This document shows, in pieces, positions 1-10,628 of a DNA stretch of 38,768 nucleotides; position 1 is the first letter of the stretch, and each line of letters starts with the position of its first letter. This stretch comes from Chiloscyllium plagiosum (lineage: Eukaryota). Position numbers and translations under genes: made by a program. The notes under the pieces were generated by a model. It saw only the letters and a list, made by a program, of their open reading frames with translations, was not told the DNA's origin and did no database searches. The stretch lies in assembly GCF_004010195.1 (NCBI RefSeq), contig NC_057718.1, positions 70,033,789 through 70,072,556 on the forward strand, given 5' to 3'.

Positions 1-792
1 TTCAGCAACACTCCCTAGGACCTTACCATTAAGTGTATACATCCTGCTAAGATTTGCTTTCCCAAAATGCAGCACCTCGCATTTATCCAAATTCAACTCC
101 ATCTGCCACTTCTCAGCCCATTGGCCCATCTGATCAAGATCCCGTTGTAATCTGAGGTAACCTTCTTCCCTGCCCACTACATCTCCAATTTTGGTGTCAT
201 CTGTAAACTTACTAACTATATCTCTTATGCTCACATCTAAATCATTTTTATAAATGACTAAAAGTAGTGGACCCAGCACCAATCCTTGTGGCACTCCAGT
301 CTGAAAAACAACCTTCCAACACCACCCTCTGTCTTCTATCTTTGAGATAGTTTTGTATCCAAATGGCTAGTTCTCCTTGTATTCCATGAGATCTAATCTT
401 GCTAATCAGTCTCCAATGGGGAACTTTGTTGAACGCTTTACTGAAGTCCAAATAGATCACCTCCACCGCTCTGCCCTCATCAATCCTCTTTGTTACTTCT
501 TCAAAAAACTCAATCAAGTTTGTGAGACATGATTTCCCACGCACAAAGCCATATTGACTATCCCTAATCAATCTTTGCCTTTCCAAATCCATGTACATCC
601 TGTCCCTAGGAATCCCTCCAACAACTTGCCCACCGCTGAGGTCAGGCTCACTGGTCTATAGTTCCCTGGCTTGTCCTTACCACCCTTCTAAGACAGTGTC
701 ACAACATTAGCCAACCTCCAGTCTTCCGGCACCTCACCTGTGACTATCGATGATATAAATATCTCAGCAAGTGGCCCAACAATCACCTCCCC
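1..792 (-). mobile_element. CR1/HER1-type LINE, reverse transcriptase fragment (frameshifted, runs off window)
   Basis: Minus translation gives VPEDWRLANV..KPGNYRPVSLTS, then SQYGFVRGKSCLTNLIEFFEEVT..IYLDFSKAF (ORF 248..598), typical CR1 ORF2 RT motifs. Confidence 0.93.
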
Positions 793-913
793 ATTTACCT
801 ACAATTGAATGTAGCATCTTTGTTTTTATTAATTCTGATATTTTTCAATCCCTCCCTTTCAATAGACTATTGGTTCCCTAAATTTCTGAAAAAATATTTG
901 TGTCTTCTTTTGG

Positions 914-1215
914 GAACATAGAACATAGAACATAGAACTGTACAGCACAGAACAGGCCCTTCAGCCCACGATGTTGTGCCAACCATTGATCCTCATGTAT
1001 GTACCCTCAAATTTCTGTGACCATATGCATGTCCAGCAGTCTCTTAAATGTCCCCAATGACCTTGCTTCCACAACTGCTGCTGGCAACGCATTCCATGCT
1101 CTCACCACTTTCTGTGTAAAGAACCCGCCTCTGATATCCCCTCTATACTTTCCTCCAACCAGCTTAAAACTATGACCCTTCGTGTTAGCCATTTCTGCCC
1201 TGGGAAATAGTCTGG
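914..1215 (-). mobile_element. CR1-type LINE 3' end with (CTATGTT)n tail, 5'-truncated
   Basis: ORF 1007..1288 has the CR1 C-terminus GHSFKL..FFTQKVVRAWNALP..FKRLLD; GAACATA repeated three times at 914-934 is the microsatellite tail. Confidence 0.9.
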
Positions 1216-1444
1216 GAAGACACTTTATTTTGGAGGTATGGGACATACAGGGCTTCTTCCAGGTCAATATGCATTCACAACTAGACATGCATCTTGTGCA
1301 TCTGCAAGGGATGCATTTTGTGGCTTGTAGTTTTTTTTATCATTCATTTTATCACTTACTTGGAGGCTCCGACCTTTCTATACTTCACATTGCTTTCCTG
1401 GCACACATTCACTGATTTCAGTACTGACAGGCACACTGTGACTC

Positions 1445-1552
1445 ACATGGATGATGATGGGAGATAAGCTTAGATTAGTTCACAGGTCAGTGCAACATTG
1501 AGGGCCGAAAGGCCTGTTCTGCGCTGTATTGTTCTATGTTCTATGTTCTATA
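1445..1552 (+). mobile_element. Short CR1-type 3' UTR and tail
   Basis: GGGCCGAAAGGCCTGTTCTGCGCTGTATTGTTCTATGTTCTATGTTC: terminal hairpin plus TTCTATG repeats, reverse-complementary to the tail at 914-970. Confidence 0.85.
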
Positions 1553-2564
1553 TGGTTCACATGGCTTCCTTAGCATGCAGAGTCTTTAGTTCTCAAAGCT
1601 AATACATAGAATAAATCTTTATCTGCAGAGATGTATGGAATCATCACTGATTCCATACTTTTGTCATGACCCTGATGGGAAGAAGGTCCTGTAAACCAAA
1701 ATCCATTATTCCACAACAGGAATGTGAAAATGACCAATTTAATCTCAAGGGTGTCTAATGCCTAACTGTGACCACTATATAAGAGAAAAGAAACTCATAC
1801 TAGATTGCATAATTGAACAAGAAAACAAAAACGTTTTTATTATAACAAACTTACTGTTGTGATTATGTTTGCATTTCCAAGTTTAATGTTAAAAAATTCT
1901 CACTGAAATTTAGGTCTCTGAGCTTGTGAAAGGTGCATATCCTGAGGGATCAGTCACTTCCGGCTCAGATGTGGAGATGGAGATGAGGGTCTCTGGTGCT
2001 AGCCTATTCTTAATGCAGGTTCAGTGGGTGCCACCAGTGTGCACATAAGAGAAGAAATTAGTTGGCAAGGATGGATAAAAACTTGTGCAGATTAAGAATA
2101 AGTTTATGCTAGTGGTAATGGGAGAACTGCACAGCATAGCACAATGAAGCTTCTTGATTTTCCCATCTCACATGAAAATTCATGCTCTTCTCCAGCCAAA
2201 TCTGGAATTTTCTCTGGAGCAAGATGCCTAATGTCCATTATTCCCATCACTGGTCTTGTAACTTGCAGTCTCATTATAGGACAGTTTTTCCTGCAATGAG
2301 CCAAAAAGTGGGATTGTACATGATAGAAGTGATTGCACAAGCAATTACTGGTAATATAAGATGTGGTGGCTGTGAATAGGAAGAAAAAGAGCAGGGAGGG
2401 TTAGTGACTTTAGAGGATGAGATGAATGAGACAGATGTTGCAAAGACAGGAATGCATGCAATGTTAAGAATTATAATCTATGAGTCTTGTTGGAATGTGT
2501 GTGCAATGGCAGAGTTAGAGGGAATTCTGAGCCTGTGAGTGAGAAGTAGCTAAGAAAAGATACA

Positions 2565-2635
2565 CTTACCCTTGTGGATAACAGGAGATCAATGACCTTC
2601 TTCCCACACTGCTGGGCATCCCACTTTACTCAGGA
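2565..2635 (-). pseudogene. Possible Harbinger Myb/SANT-like ORF exon remnant
   Basis: Minus strand reads AQQCGKKVIDLLLSTR then a GTAAGT donor; resembles the QCRKKxNDL end of Myb/SANT-like domains of Harbinger ORF2. Very short match. Confidence 0.4.
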
Positions 2636-2649
2636 TGCAGCACTGATTT

Positions 2650-2950
2650 GAGCTGGTGTGATGGTAACATCACTGGAGTTTCACTACAGAGGCCCAGGCT
2701 AATGCTGTGATGTTTTAGATTCAAATCCCACCATAGAAGCTGGTGGAATTTGGATGCATTTAATAAAATCTGAAAGTGAAAACTAAGCTCAGTAATGATG
2801 ACCATGAAACCAACGTCAAATGTCAGAAACAAAAACTCTCTAGTTCACTGACATTGTCTGGGAAGGAAATGTGCCATCCTCATTTGGTCTGGTATTTATG
2901 TGAACCAGACAACATGTTAACTCTTAATTGTCTTCTGAAATGGCCTAGTA
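2650..2950 (+). mobile_element. Old tRNA-derived SINE
   Basis: Degenerate A box (TGGTGTGATGG) and B box (GATTCAAATCCC, ~2718-2729); the body (GTAATGATGACCATGAAAC..GGGAAGGAAATGTGCCATCCT..CTGAAATGGCCTAG) resembles an abundant shark repeat I recognise from memory. Confidence 0.6.
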
Positions 2951-3440
2951 TAAATGTTATGAAAGAATAAATTGAAAAAAATTTCCACTGAATGTCTTGC
3001 AAGTTTTTGAAATGTGTTTCACTTTTTGGTGGTCTGTGATGTATACACAACAGAGCAATACTCCTCTATTATTCCTTAATTGTTACCAAATGGATTCTAT
3101 TCCTGAAACCGCATGTGCATCATTCCTTTCCAGTGTTGTAACAGTTTTTCTGATTAATACTGTCACCACCTGCTCCCCCTCACTTGCCAGTTCCCTCTCA
3201 AGCTTCATTCTGGATTCACTCTCGATGCCAAATTAGTTCAAGTACTTCGGTATAACATCAGTTAACCTCACTGTGGAGACATTGATCCTAAGCTGGTGCC
3301 ATCTTATATTGACCTCTCCTGCTATAGGACCATTCAAATACGTCAACAGTCTCAAGCCCTCCCCTTTTATCCTAAATACTCAGCCACATATTAGCTTGCT
3401 TAGTCTTATTCCTATATTGCTAACATGTCATTTTCAGTAC

Positions 3441-3748
3441 AGTCATAGAGTCATAGAGATGTACAGCATGGAAACAGACCCTTCGGTCCAACCCGTCCAT
3501 GCCGACCAGATATCCCAACCCAATCTAGTCCCACCTACCAGCACCCGGCCCATATCCCTCCAAACCCTTCCTATTCATATACCCATCCAAATGCCTCTTA
3601 AATGTTGCAATTGTACCAGCCTCCACCACATCCTCTGGCAGCTCATTCCAAACACGTACCACCCTCTGTGTGAAAAAGTTGCCCCTTAGGTCTCTTTTAT
3701 ATCTTTCCCCTCTCACCCTACGCCTATGCCCTCTAGTTCTGGACTCCA
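3441..3748 (-). mobile_element. HER1/CR1 LINE 3' end, 5'-truncated
   Basis: ORF 3525..3716 RGNFFTQRVVRVWNELPEDVVEAGTIATFKRHLD; tail repeats AGTCATAG x2 at the left end. Confidence 0.93.
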
Positions 3749-5120
3749 GGGAAAGTTACTCAGAGATTACCACCTACAAAACACTGCATTATAATTTTGT
3801 CTGAAACTCCTGAAAGCTGTCTGTAGGACCTAATTTTTTTTTTCATAACATCACTGAATCATCTTTGGTTCCAATTTGAACCAAAACTTTTGGTTCATAC
3901 TCTTAACCCTGTAACATTTTCTCCATCATTTCAGAACTTTAACATATTATTTTCTCATTTCCTTTTTATACACTGATAATTGGCAAACCTGTGTCTCAAA
4001 TTTAGTCTGATATTGACTTGTAATTATTCAGGCATTAATAATGATGGAAATTTGGATCAACATAAACTATGTTCAAAGAAAGCTTTAGTTTCCAATCATT
4101 TTGGATCTTAATTCCTGCAAAAAAATTGAAGATTTTAAAGCATTTATTTAAATTGTTTTCTTTTAAAAAAACATTGTATTAATTGTTGTATTAATGCAAA
4201 GATCCCAGAAAGACAGCTAAATAACATCACAAAATGTGACACTGTAGTCTAATTTTGTGTCTGTTCATTCAGCAGTTTGGTAAGCAAGCAATCAGCCAGC
4301 TGGACAGTCAGTTAGTCAGCCAGTCGATGATGTACATAATATAATAATCTAAATAAGTAAGCAAATTGTCAAATAAATGATACGATTTTCCCAATGTTTG
4401 TGTTGCTGTGAGAATGTGTAAATGGATATCTGCAAGCACAATATTGCTTAATTATTCATGAGTTATGGGAATGGTGTTTAAGCCATATCAAAAGCATTTG
4501 GGACTTTAGAGACTGACTTAGATATATCAAAGTTTTTTAACTAGCCAGTGAGAACCAGAAAAGTCCAAAACAAATACTATTCAATTATATTTCTACAACA
4601 GAAGCAAATCAAAACAAGCAAATGCTCTTTAAGTGTATTGGGACAATTGATATATTTTTTCACTTATATTCAAGGGAGCACGAAACCACAACGAGAGAGA
4701 TATTTATAAAATCTACCTTCATTGGCTTTTCTAAGTCAGTGGAGATCTGCAGCAGGTCGTTATCCAGCAGGAGAATATTACATATAGGGAAGCAATTGGA
4801 CAAATACAAACATGATCATTTACTTACAGCCAGCAAAAAGGAACACAAACAAAAGTTCACTGATGTTCACTAAACAACCCCCCCCCCCCGCCCCACCCAC
4901 CCACCCACCACCACAACTATGACTAACATTATTTTACAGTCCATGGTGTTCTGTTGCACACATCTCTCACAAGCTGGAAGTGGGTGTCAATCAGGTTCTG
5001 TCAGGTTTGTACCATTTGACACAGCCTAACTCAGACAAGGATGGTCCCAATACTCCTTGAAAAACTGCTGCCATTTCCCCAGCTTCTTAACATCCACATA
5101 TTGCCTCATTGCTTGCTCTA

Positions 5121-5530
5121 ATTGTGCAAAGCACCGCATACCAGAATGACATGGTATTCTCTGTCTGAACTACACTGAAGGCAACTCAAGATCTGTCCAA
5201 GCAGTGGAACCCCATTTTCAGCAACCCTTTACTCTTTTCCACCGTGGCCCTCCGTGAGGCATGAGTGACATTTATCTGCAGTTCACATTAATCAGGGATT
5301 GCACGATGGTGACATGAGCCATGGTCACAGCAGAAGCCCTTCTTCCTCAATAACCAGCCTGATAAAGCACCTGGACCCTCAAAGACCAGAGTCATGGCAG
5401 CTGCAAGGGCAGTGGGCACAGGAAGTGGTAACTTTGATCACAGATCACCTGATGATCATCTTCCTGTTGATGAAATTTGGAGTGACCCACTCAGTGCCAC
5501 ATGGGTACAATTGCTGGCACCCTTCATTTG
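5121..5530 (-). pseudogene. PIF/Harbinger (HARBI1-like) DDE transposase remnant
   Basis: Frameshifted minus-strand pieces in the expected order: GASNCTHVAL (cf. GAIDCTHVAL), FINRK, QVICD, PCSCHDS (cf. PGSxHD), GWLL, PWLMSP, HASRRATVEKSKGLLKMGFHCLDRS, VILVCGALHN. Confidence 0.82.
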
Positions 5531-5675
5531 GATGAAGGCAGCAAAGTTGTCAAGTCATATTACCTAGACTGCAGCAATGACTTTGTCATGGAGAATAAAA
5601 TGTAATGATGTGATCTTGCACAGATAGGTAATTATCCTGATGTACTTGTGTGTGCATGACTAAGAGATGGTACAC

Positions 5676-5970
5676 ACAGACCTCCGAAGAGTATCCCACC
5701 CAAACCCATTCCCTATTACTCCACATTTACCCCTGACTAATGCATCTAATTTACACATCCCTGAACACTTTGGGCAATTTAGCCTGGCCAATTCACCTAA
5801 CCTGCACATTTTTGGATTATGGGAGGAAAACTGGTGCACCTGGAGGAAACCCACACAGAGACAAGGAGGATGTGCAAACTCCACACAGACAGTCCCGCAA
5901 GGCTGGAATCGAGACCGCGACCCTGGCACTGAGAGGCAGCAGTGCTAACCACAGAGCCACTGTACCGCCC
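5676..5970 (-). mobile_element. HE1-type V-SINE
   Basis: Minus 5' end GGGCGGTACAGTGGCTCTGTGGTTAGCACTGCTGCCTC (A box), GGTCTCGATTCC (B box), V-domain CTGTGTGGAGTTTGCAC..GTGGGTTTCCTCC. Confidence 0.92.
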
Positions 5971-6165
5971 CACATGTCTGGACTGAGGATTAGCTCCCAC
6001 TAGTTTCCAACATGGCCATTTTGTTGAAAAAAAAATGTGCAATGTGTTTGTCTCTCAGGCAGCTAGTACATTCTATTATTACTGACAAGCATAACATGCA
6101 CTCTGTCTGCCCTAAAGAGCTTATCAAAATGCCAATACTGAAATGTCAATGCACTCACCCACAGG

Positions 6166-6315
6166 GTTAAAAATCACACAACATCAGGTTATAGTCCAAC
6201 AGGTTTAATTAGAAGCACACTACTTGTGCTTCCAATTAAACCTGTTGGACTATAACCTGATGTTGTGTAACTTTTAACTTTGTACACCCCAGTCCAACAC
6301 CAGCATCTCTAAATC
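6166..6315. mobile_element. Fold-back mini-element (Penelope-derived), 54-bp arms, 13-bp flanking direct repeat
   Basis: 6166-6219 is the reverse complement of 6225-6278 (3 mismatches); CTCACCCACAGGG at 6154-6166 and 6316-6328; same family as 9134-9353. Confidence 0.85.
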
Positions 6316-6523
6316 CTCACCCACAGGGCAAGGCAAGGAAAGGCACAGATGAATACTGCAAGCATGCAGCCAAGCATTATGTTAGAGAGCACAATAGAAC
6401 AGGTGTGCATCCATGTGGATAAAATGTCCTTGTTGCAGTCTTTTGTTTCTAGTTTCTGGTGTATCCTGCAATTCAAGTCTGTGTTTCTTGAACAGTCTGT
6501 TCATTTATCAGAGAGGTGCCATG

Positions 6524-6676
6524 ATAGAATACAATGGCACAGGAACAGCTCCTTTGGTCCACCACATCTGTGCCAAACATGATGCCACTCTAAACTAATC
6601 CCATCAGCTTGCATATTGTTTGTATCCCTCTGTTACCTGGCTGTTCATGTCACTGTCTTAAATGCCTTTTAAGTTG
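6524..6676 (-). mobile_element. Degenerate CR1-type 3' tail
   Basis: ATAGAATACAATGGCACAGGAACAG..CTTTGGTCCACC..AAATGCCTTTTAA is similar to the tails at 914 and 3441. Confidence 0.65.
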
Positions 6677-6929
6677 TCATGGGCGGTTGACAAATGCCAG
6701 GTGCCAATGTATGTAGTTAAAGGATTCATGCGGCTGGTGCACTAGCTGTAAGCTGGCGCAGACCAAGCAGTGAGCTGAAGTCAGCAAATGCCCAAAGATT
6801 TCAGTGTTCAGTTCTATTTTTCATTGTTGTAGTGATTGGGACCAGGTTAACCTCAGCCTATGAGGCTGTTAATTGGGATTGCTAACCTAGGGCAATCAGG
6901 AAAGCCCTGGCAGAAACAGCTTATAACCA

Positions 6930-7625
6930 TGAAAAAACATTCTCCTCTGCTTTTGCTTACATTTCAGCCCCATACTCCTGATCTTTGGGCACCCAGTGTG
7001 GAGGGGGAGGGCATGTCAGAGGATGTCCTTGTGGGTTTGCTCCTGGGCCTGGCCAAACTGGTCATAAACAAGTCCAGGCAGCAGGCCATGGAGGGGGTGG
7101 TTATGCCTGCCCCTTTTCCTGGGTTATGTTTGAGCCCAGGTGTCCTTGGAGAAGGAGCATGCAATGTCTACCAACACCCTCAAGGTTTTCAGGGGGAGGT
7201 ATGCAGGGAGTGGAGTGCTTTATTCCTCCTCCAACTCTATTTTGATTTAATCCCTGCCCTCCCCTCCACTTTTTTGATCACACAGGATTGCCCTTTGATG
7301 TGAAGGGCACTGCTGTCACTGGCCGCTCAGGTGTTTCCTTTCTTCCTGGTGGTGGAATATAAATAAAGATTTATACACTCGTGTCACAGTGTCCGACACC
7401 TGCACACACATGACGTGGGTGCTGGGGCACTGCTGTCACTGGCCGCTCAGGTGTTTCCTTTCTTCCTGGTGGTGGAATATAAATAAAGATTTATACACTC
7501 GTTATTCTTCACAGTGTCCGACACCTGCACACACATGACGTGGGTGCTGGGGAAAAATAAGCATTACTGCTATTGGGCGATAGTGTGGGGGAAAATAGAA
7601 AACAATTTACAAAAAGAAAAAAATT
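6930..7625 (+). mobile_element. L1/Tx1-like LINE 3' fragment with 3' UTR and A-rich tail
   Basis: Frameshifted FSPILLIFGHPV..SEDVLVGLLLGLAKLVINKSRQ resembles L1/Tx1 ORF2 C-termini; AATAAA in the UTR; A-rich tail ~7592-7623. Confidence 0.7.
7305..7552 (+). repeat. ~120-bp near-identical tandem duplication in the Tx1-like 3' UTR
   Basis: GGGCACTGCTGTCACTGGCCGCTCAGG..GTGGGTGCTGG occurs at ~7305 and ~7425. Confidence 0.92.
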
Positions 7626-7820
7626 AGATAACCACAGAAGTGATGAGGTAGGGAAAATTACAAACGACTGACCATCTGGCTGGTTTAGTACTTCTAGTGG
7701 CACTAAAGAGCTTGCATGTCTCAAGATCAGCCAGGAAAAGACTACAGGAACCTTAATAATCAAATGTCTATGAATGAAGATGTCAAGGACCTATGCACAG
7801 TCCAATCAAATCAACCATTG

Positions 7821-8105
7821 GATTAGATTACTTACAGTGTGGAAACAGGTCCTTCGGACCAACAAGTCCACACCAACCCGCCGAAGCGCAACCCACACAG
7901 ACCCGTTCTCCTACATTTACCCCTTCACCTAACACTACAGGCAATTTAGCTTGGCCAATTCACCTAACCTGCACCCGGAGTAAACCCAAGCAGACACGGG
8001 GAGAACGTGCAAACTCCACACAGTCAGTCGCCTGAGGCGGGAATTGTACCCCGGTCTCTGGCGCAGTGAGGCAGCAGTGCTAACCACTGTGCCATCGTGC
8101 CTCCC
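7821..8105 (-). mobile_element. HE1-type V-SINE with internal deletion and HER1-like tail
   Basis: A box GTGGCACAGTGGTTAGCAC, V-domain, and tail ACAGTGTGGAAACAGGTCCTTCGG similar to HER1 at 3462. Confidence 0.92.
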
Positions 8106-8200
8106 ACATGTAGAGTGCCATTTTATTAGGTCTCTTGGCATACACAGTAACTGATTTTTGTTTTGATGTGCAAATAAACATTTGAAATCTAAAAAAAAAT

Positions 8201-8529
8201 GGTTTTCAGGGAGAGGTGGGCTCCATGGAGTGTGGAGTATTTTCTTTCCCTGCTATTCTATTTTGATTTAGTCCCTTCCCTCCCCTTCACCTTTTTGCTC
8301 ACGCAGCGTTGCCTTTGATGAGAAGGGCACTCCTTGTCACTGGCCACTCAGGTGTTTCGTTTCTTCCTGGTGGTGGAATATGAATAAAGATTTCTGCACT
8401 CGTTGTTCTTCACTGTGTTCCACACCTTCACACACGTGATGTAGGTGCTGGGAAATAAAAGCACTACTGCTATTTGATAGAACTGTTGGGGGTTTATGAA
8501 AAAGAAAGAAAAAAACAGGAGAGAAAAAA
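8201..8529 (+). mobile_element. Tx1-like 3' UTR copy 2 with A-rich tail
   Basis: Aligns with 7183-7620 (GGTTTTCAGGG.., TTCTTCCTGGTGGTGGAATA..AATAAAGATTT). Confidence 0.8.
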
Positions 8530-8542
8530 TATAACTGTGATA

Positions 8543-8847
8543 AGTTTTCAAGGAGAGGCAGTCATTGTAGGGCATGGAGTGCTTTATTTTCCCCTCCGAT
8601 TCTATTTTGATTTAATCCCTACCCTCCCCTTCACTTTTCTGTTCACTTAGGCATTGTCCTTGATGAGAAGGGCACTGCTTTTCACTGGCCACTTGGGTGT
8701 TTCTCTCTTCCTGGTGGTGGATTATGAATAAAGCTTTCTACACTCAATGTTTTTTCACTGTGTCCTACACTGACGCACACATGATGTGGGTGCTGGGGAG
8801 AAATAAGCACCACTGCTGTTTGGCAATAGTGTGGGAAGAAAAAAATA
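8543..8847 (+). mobile_element. Tx1-like 3' UTR copy 3 with A tail
   Basis: Aligns with copies 1 and 2 and starts at about the same point (GTTTTCAAGGGAGAGG). Confidence 0.8.
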
Positions 8848-9133
8848 TATGACCACAAGACTAGAAGCTCCGCAGTTCAGGCGACTAACTCCAAGCTGGC
8901 TGACATAGTGATATTGTCGGTTCTTTATTATTCTTTTGTGGGGAAGTGGCTCATGAGCTGGCTGGCCAGACCCAGTGATACTGTAGGTTATTTTCTTTGT
9001 AAAAATGAAAAGAAAGAATGAAAAACAAGAAAGAAAAACAAAAATATAACCAGGAGAGTGGAATCTCCTCATTTCAGGTGACTGAATCCGAGCTGGCTGA
9101 CCACAGCTAGTGTACTATGCACAAGTAAATAAA

Positions 9134-9353
9134 GTTAAAAATCACACAACACCAGGTTATAGTCCAACAGGTGTATTTGGAAGCACTAGCTTTTGGAGTG
9201 CTGCTCTTTCATCAGGTGATTGTGACACCCACCTGGTGAAAGGGCAGCGCTCTGAAAGCCAGTGCTTCCAAATAAGCCTTGTTGGACTATAACCTGGTGT
9301 TATGTGTTTTTTAACTTTGTCCACCTCAGTCCAACACCTGGTCCTCCAAATCG
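9134..9353. mobile_element. Fold-back Penelope-derived mini-element inserted at the LTR AATAAA, with two inverted degenerate hammerhead motifs
   Basis: Arms 9134-9218 and 9230-9315; CAAGTAAATAAAG at 9122-9134 and 9354-9366; CTGGTGA..GAAA on +, CTGATGA..AAAA on -. Confidence 0.85.
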
Positions 9354-9492
9354 CAAGTAAATAAAGGGTGACTTGGTGATGAGCCCCAGGCCTCTGTGCA
9401 GTTATTTCAGTGGCAACAGGAGAAAACCGGATGAAACAAGAACATTCACTGGCAACTGTCATCTTGGAGTTGGGGTAAGCATTGCTGATATC

Positions 9493-9990
9493 ATGCCTTT
9501 ATTTGGGAAGTTTGACTCATTTGATCCTACCGTCAACGATTGGGCCCAGTATGTCAAAAGAATGTGTTATTTTTTTCCAGGCAAACGACATTGGGGCAGA
9601 TGAAAAGCAACGAGTGATTCTTCTGATGGCTTGTGGACCCATAGCATTTTCAGTGATAAGGGGCTTTCGTTTCCAAGAGGCACCAGATACTAAAACCTTC
9701 CAAGAGTTGATAGAGTTGGTTAAGGAATAATACAACCTAAATCTCCTCTAATTCTGAGAAGCTATCAGTTTTATTCAGCTGTTAGAGAACCATAGAAATC
9801 TATATCAGGATTTTTTATGAGGCTGGCAGAGGCATATGATATTGTGTTAATACTGAATGAGATACTGACAGTCCATTTGGTATAGGGGATTAATGACGTA
9901 ACCATAGAGAAGGTCTATTAGCTGAAGCCTAACTGCACTTTGAATAGGCAATACAACTGGCTTTGTCTTTAGAACATTCAGCAGGTGGAG
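9493..9990 (+). pseudogene. Gypsy gag remnant
   Basis: MPLFGKFDSFDPTVNDWAQYVKRMCYFF / QANDIGADEKQRVILLMACG..APDTKTFQELIELVKE, with a frameshift and stops. Confidence 0.8.
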
Positions 9991-10367
9991 CTGGGAACTA
10001 TAGAGCATCTCGATGGAAATGGACATTCTCGCTTGTCTGATTGAGCTCAGGTATCACCACCTGAGAGTAAGCAATTGCAGAGCTCACACAGGGCATGTTC
10101 TGAGCAGAGAGACCCTAGGCAAACCAATACCAGATGCCCACGACAAAGGCAAACCTCTGCCAAGTGGCTAAAAGGTTCTACAGGATCTGGGCCAGCAAGC
10201 CATTGTAGTTGGTGCTGGTATGGAATTCGAGACAGCAAAGGAGTCGTTCAAGGGCTGACTTGAGTAAGAAAACCCATAAGCCAGTACCCAGGAGAGTGCA
10301 CACCCTGGAAAGTCCCTCTACATGTGGGTTCGAGCAATTAAATTGCTTGGTGACATCCAAGTAGGCA

Positions 10368-10625
10368 CCGATTAAAATTAATGTTTGGTTAAATGGTCAC
10401 CCAGTTCTCATTGAGATGTATACCAGGACAGCTGTATCTCTGGTTGCAGAATCTGTCTTTAACAAGATTCACTCAGGACTCCAATCCTTAAGTTTGTACA
10501 TGACCTCAGCCAGACTGAGAACATACACTGGGGAACTGTTGCAGATTAAGAGTATGACTTTGCTTCTGGTGTCCTATGAGAAGCAGTTGGTAGTAAAAGG
10601 TTTGGGTCCAAGTCTATTATTGGAA
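10368..10625 (+). pseudogene. Gypsy aspartic protease remnant
   Basis: PIKINVWLNGHPVLIEMYTRTAVSLV (decayed DTGAxxS) and LRTYTGELLQIK..GPSLL. Confidence 0.75.
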
Positions 10626-10628
10626 AAT

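Noticed and set aside
4717..4790. Short open stretch ICNILLLDNDLLQISTDLEKPMK on minus
   Set aside because: No convincing splice acceptor; compatible with chance.
4878..4913. Poly-C/(CCCA)n run (similar at 32231-32240)
   Set aside because: Ordinary simple repeat.
5900..5970. tRNA-like A/B boxes (also ~8035-8105 and ~2650-2730)
   Set aside because: These are SINE heads joined to SINE bodies, not tRNA genes.
5971..8112. Both HE1 SINEs abut CACATGT at their 5' side
   Set aside because: Only two instances, partly overlapping the element end; insufficient for target preference.
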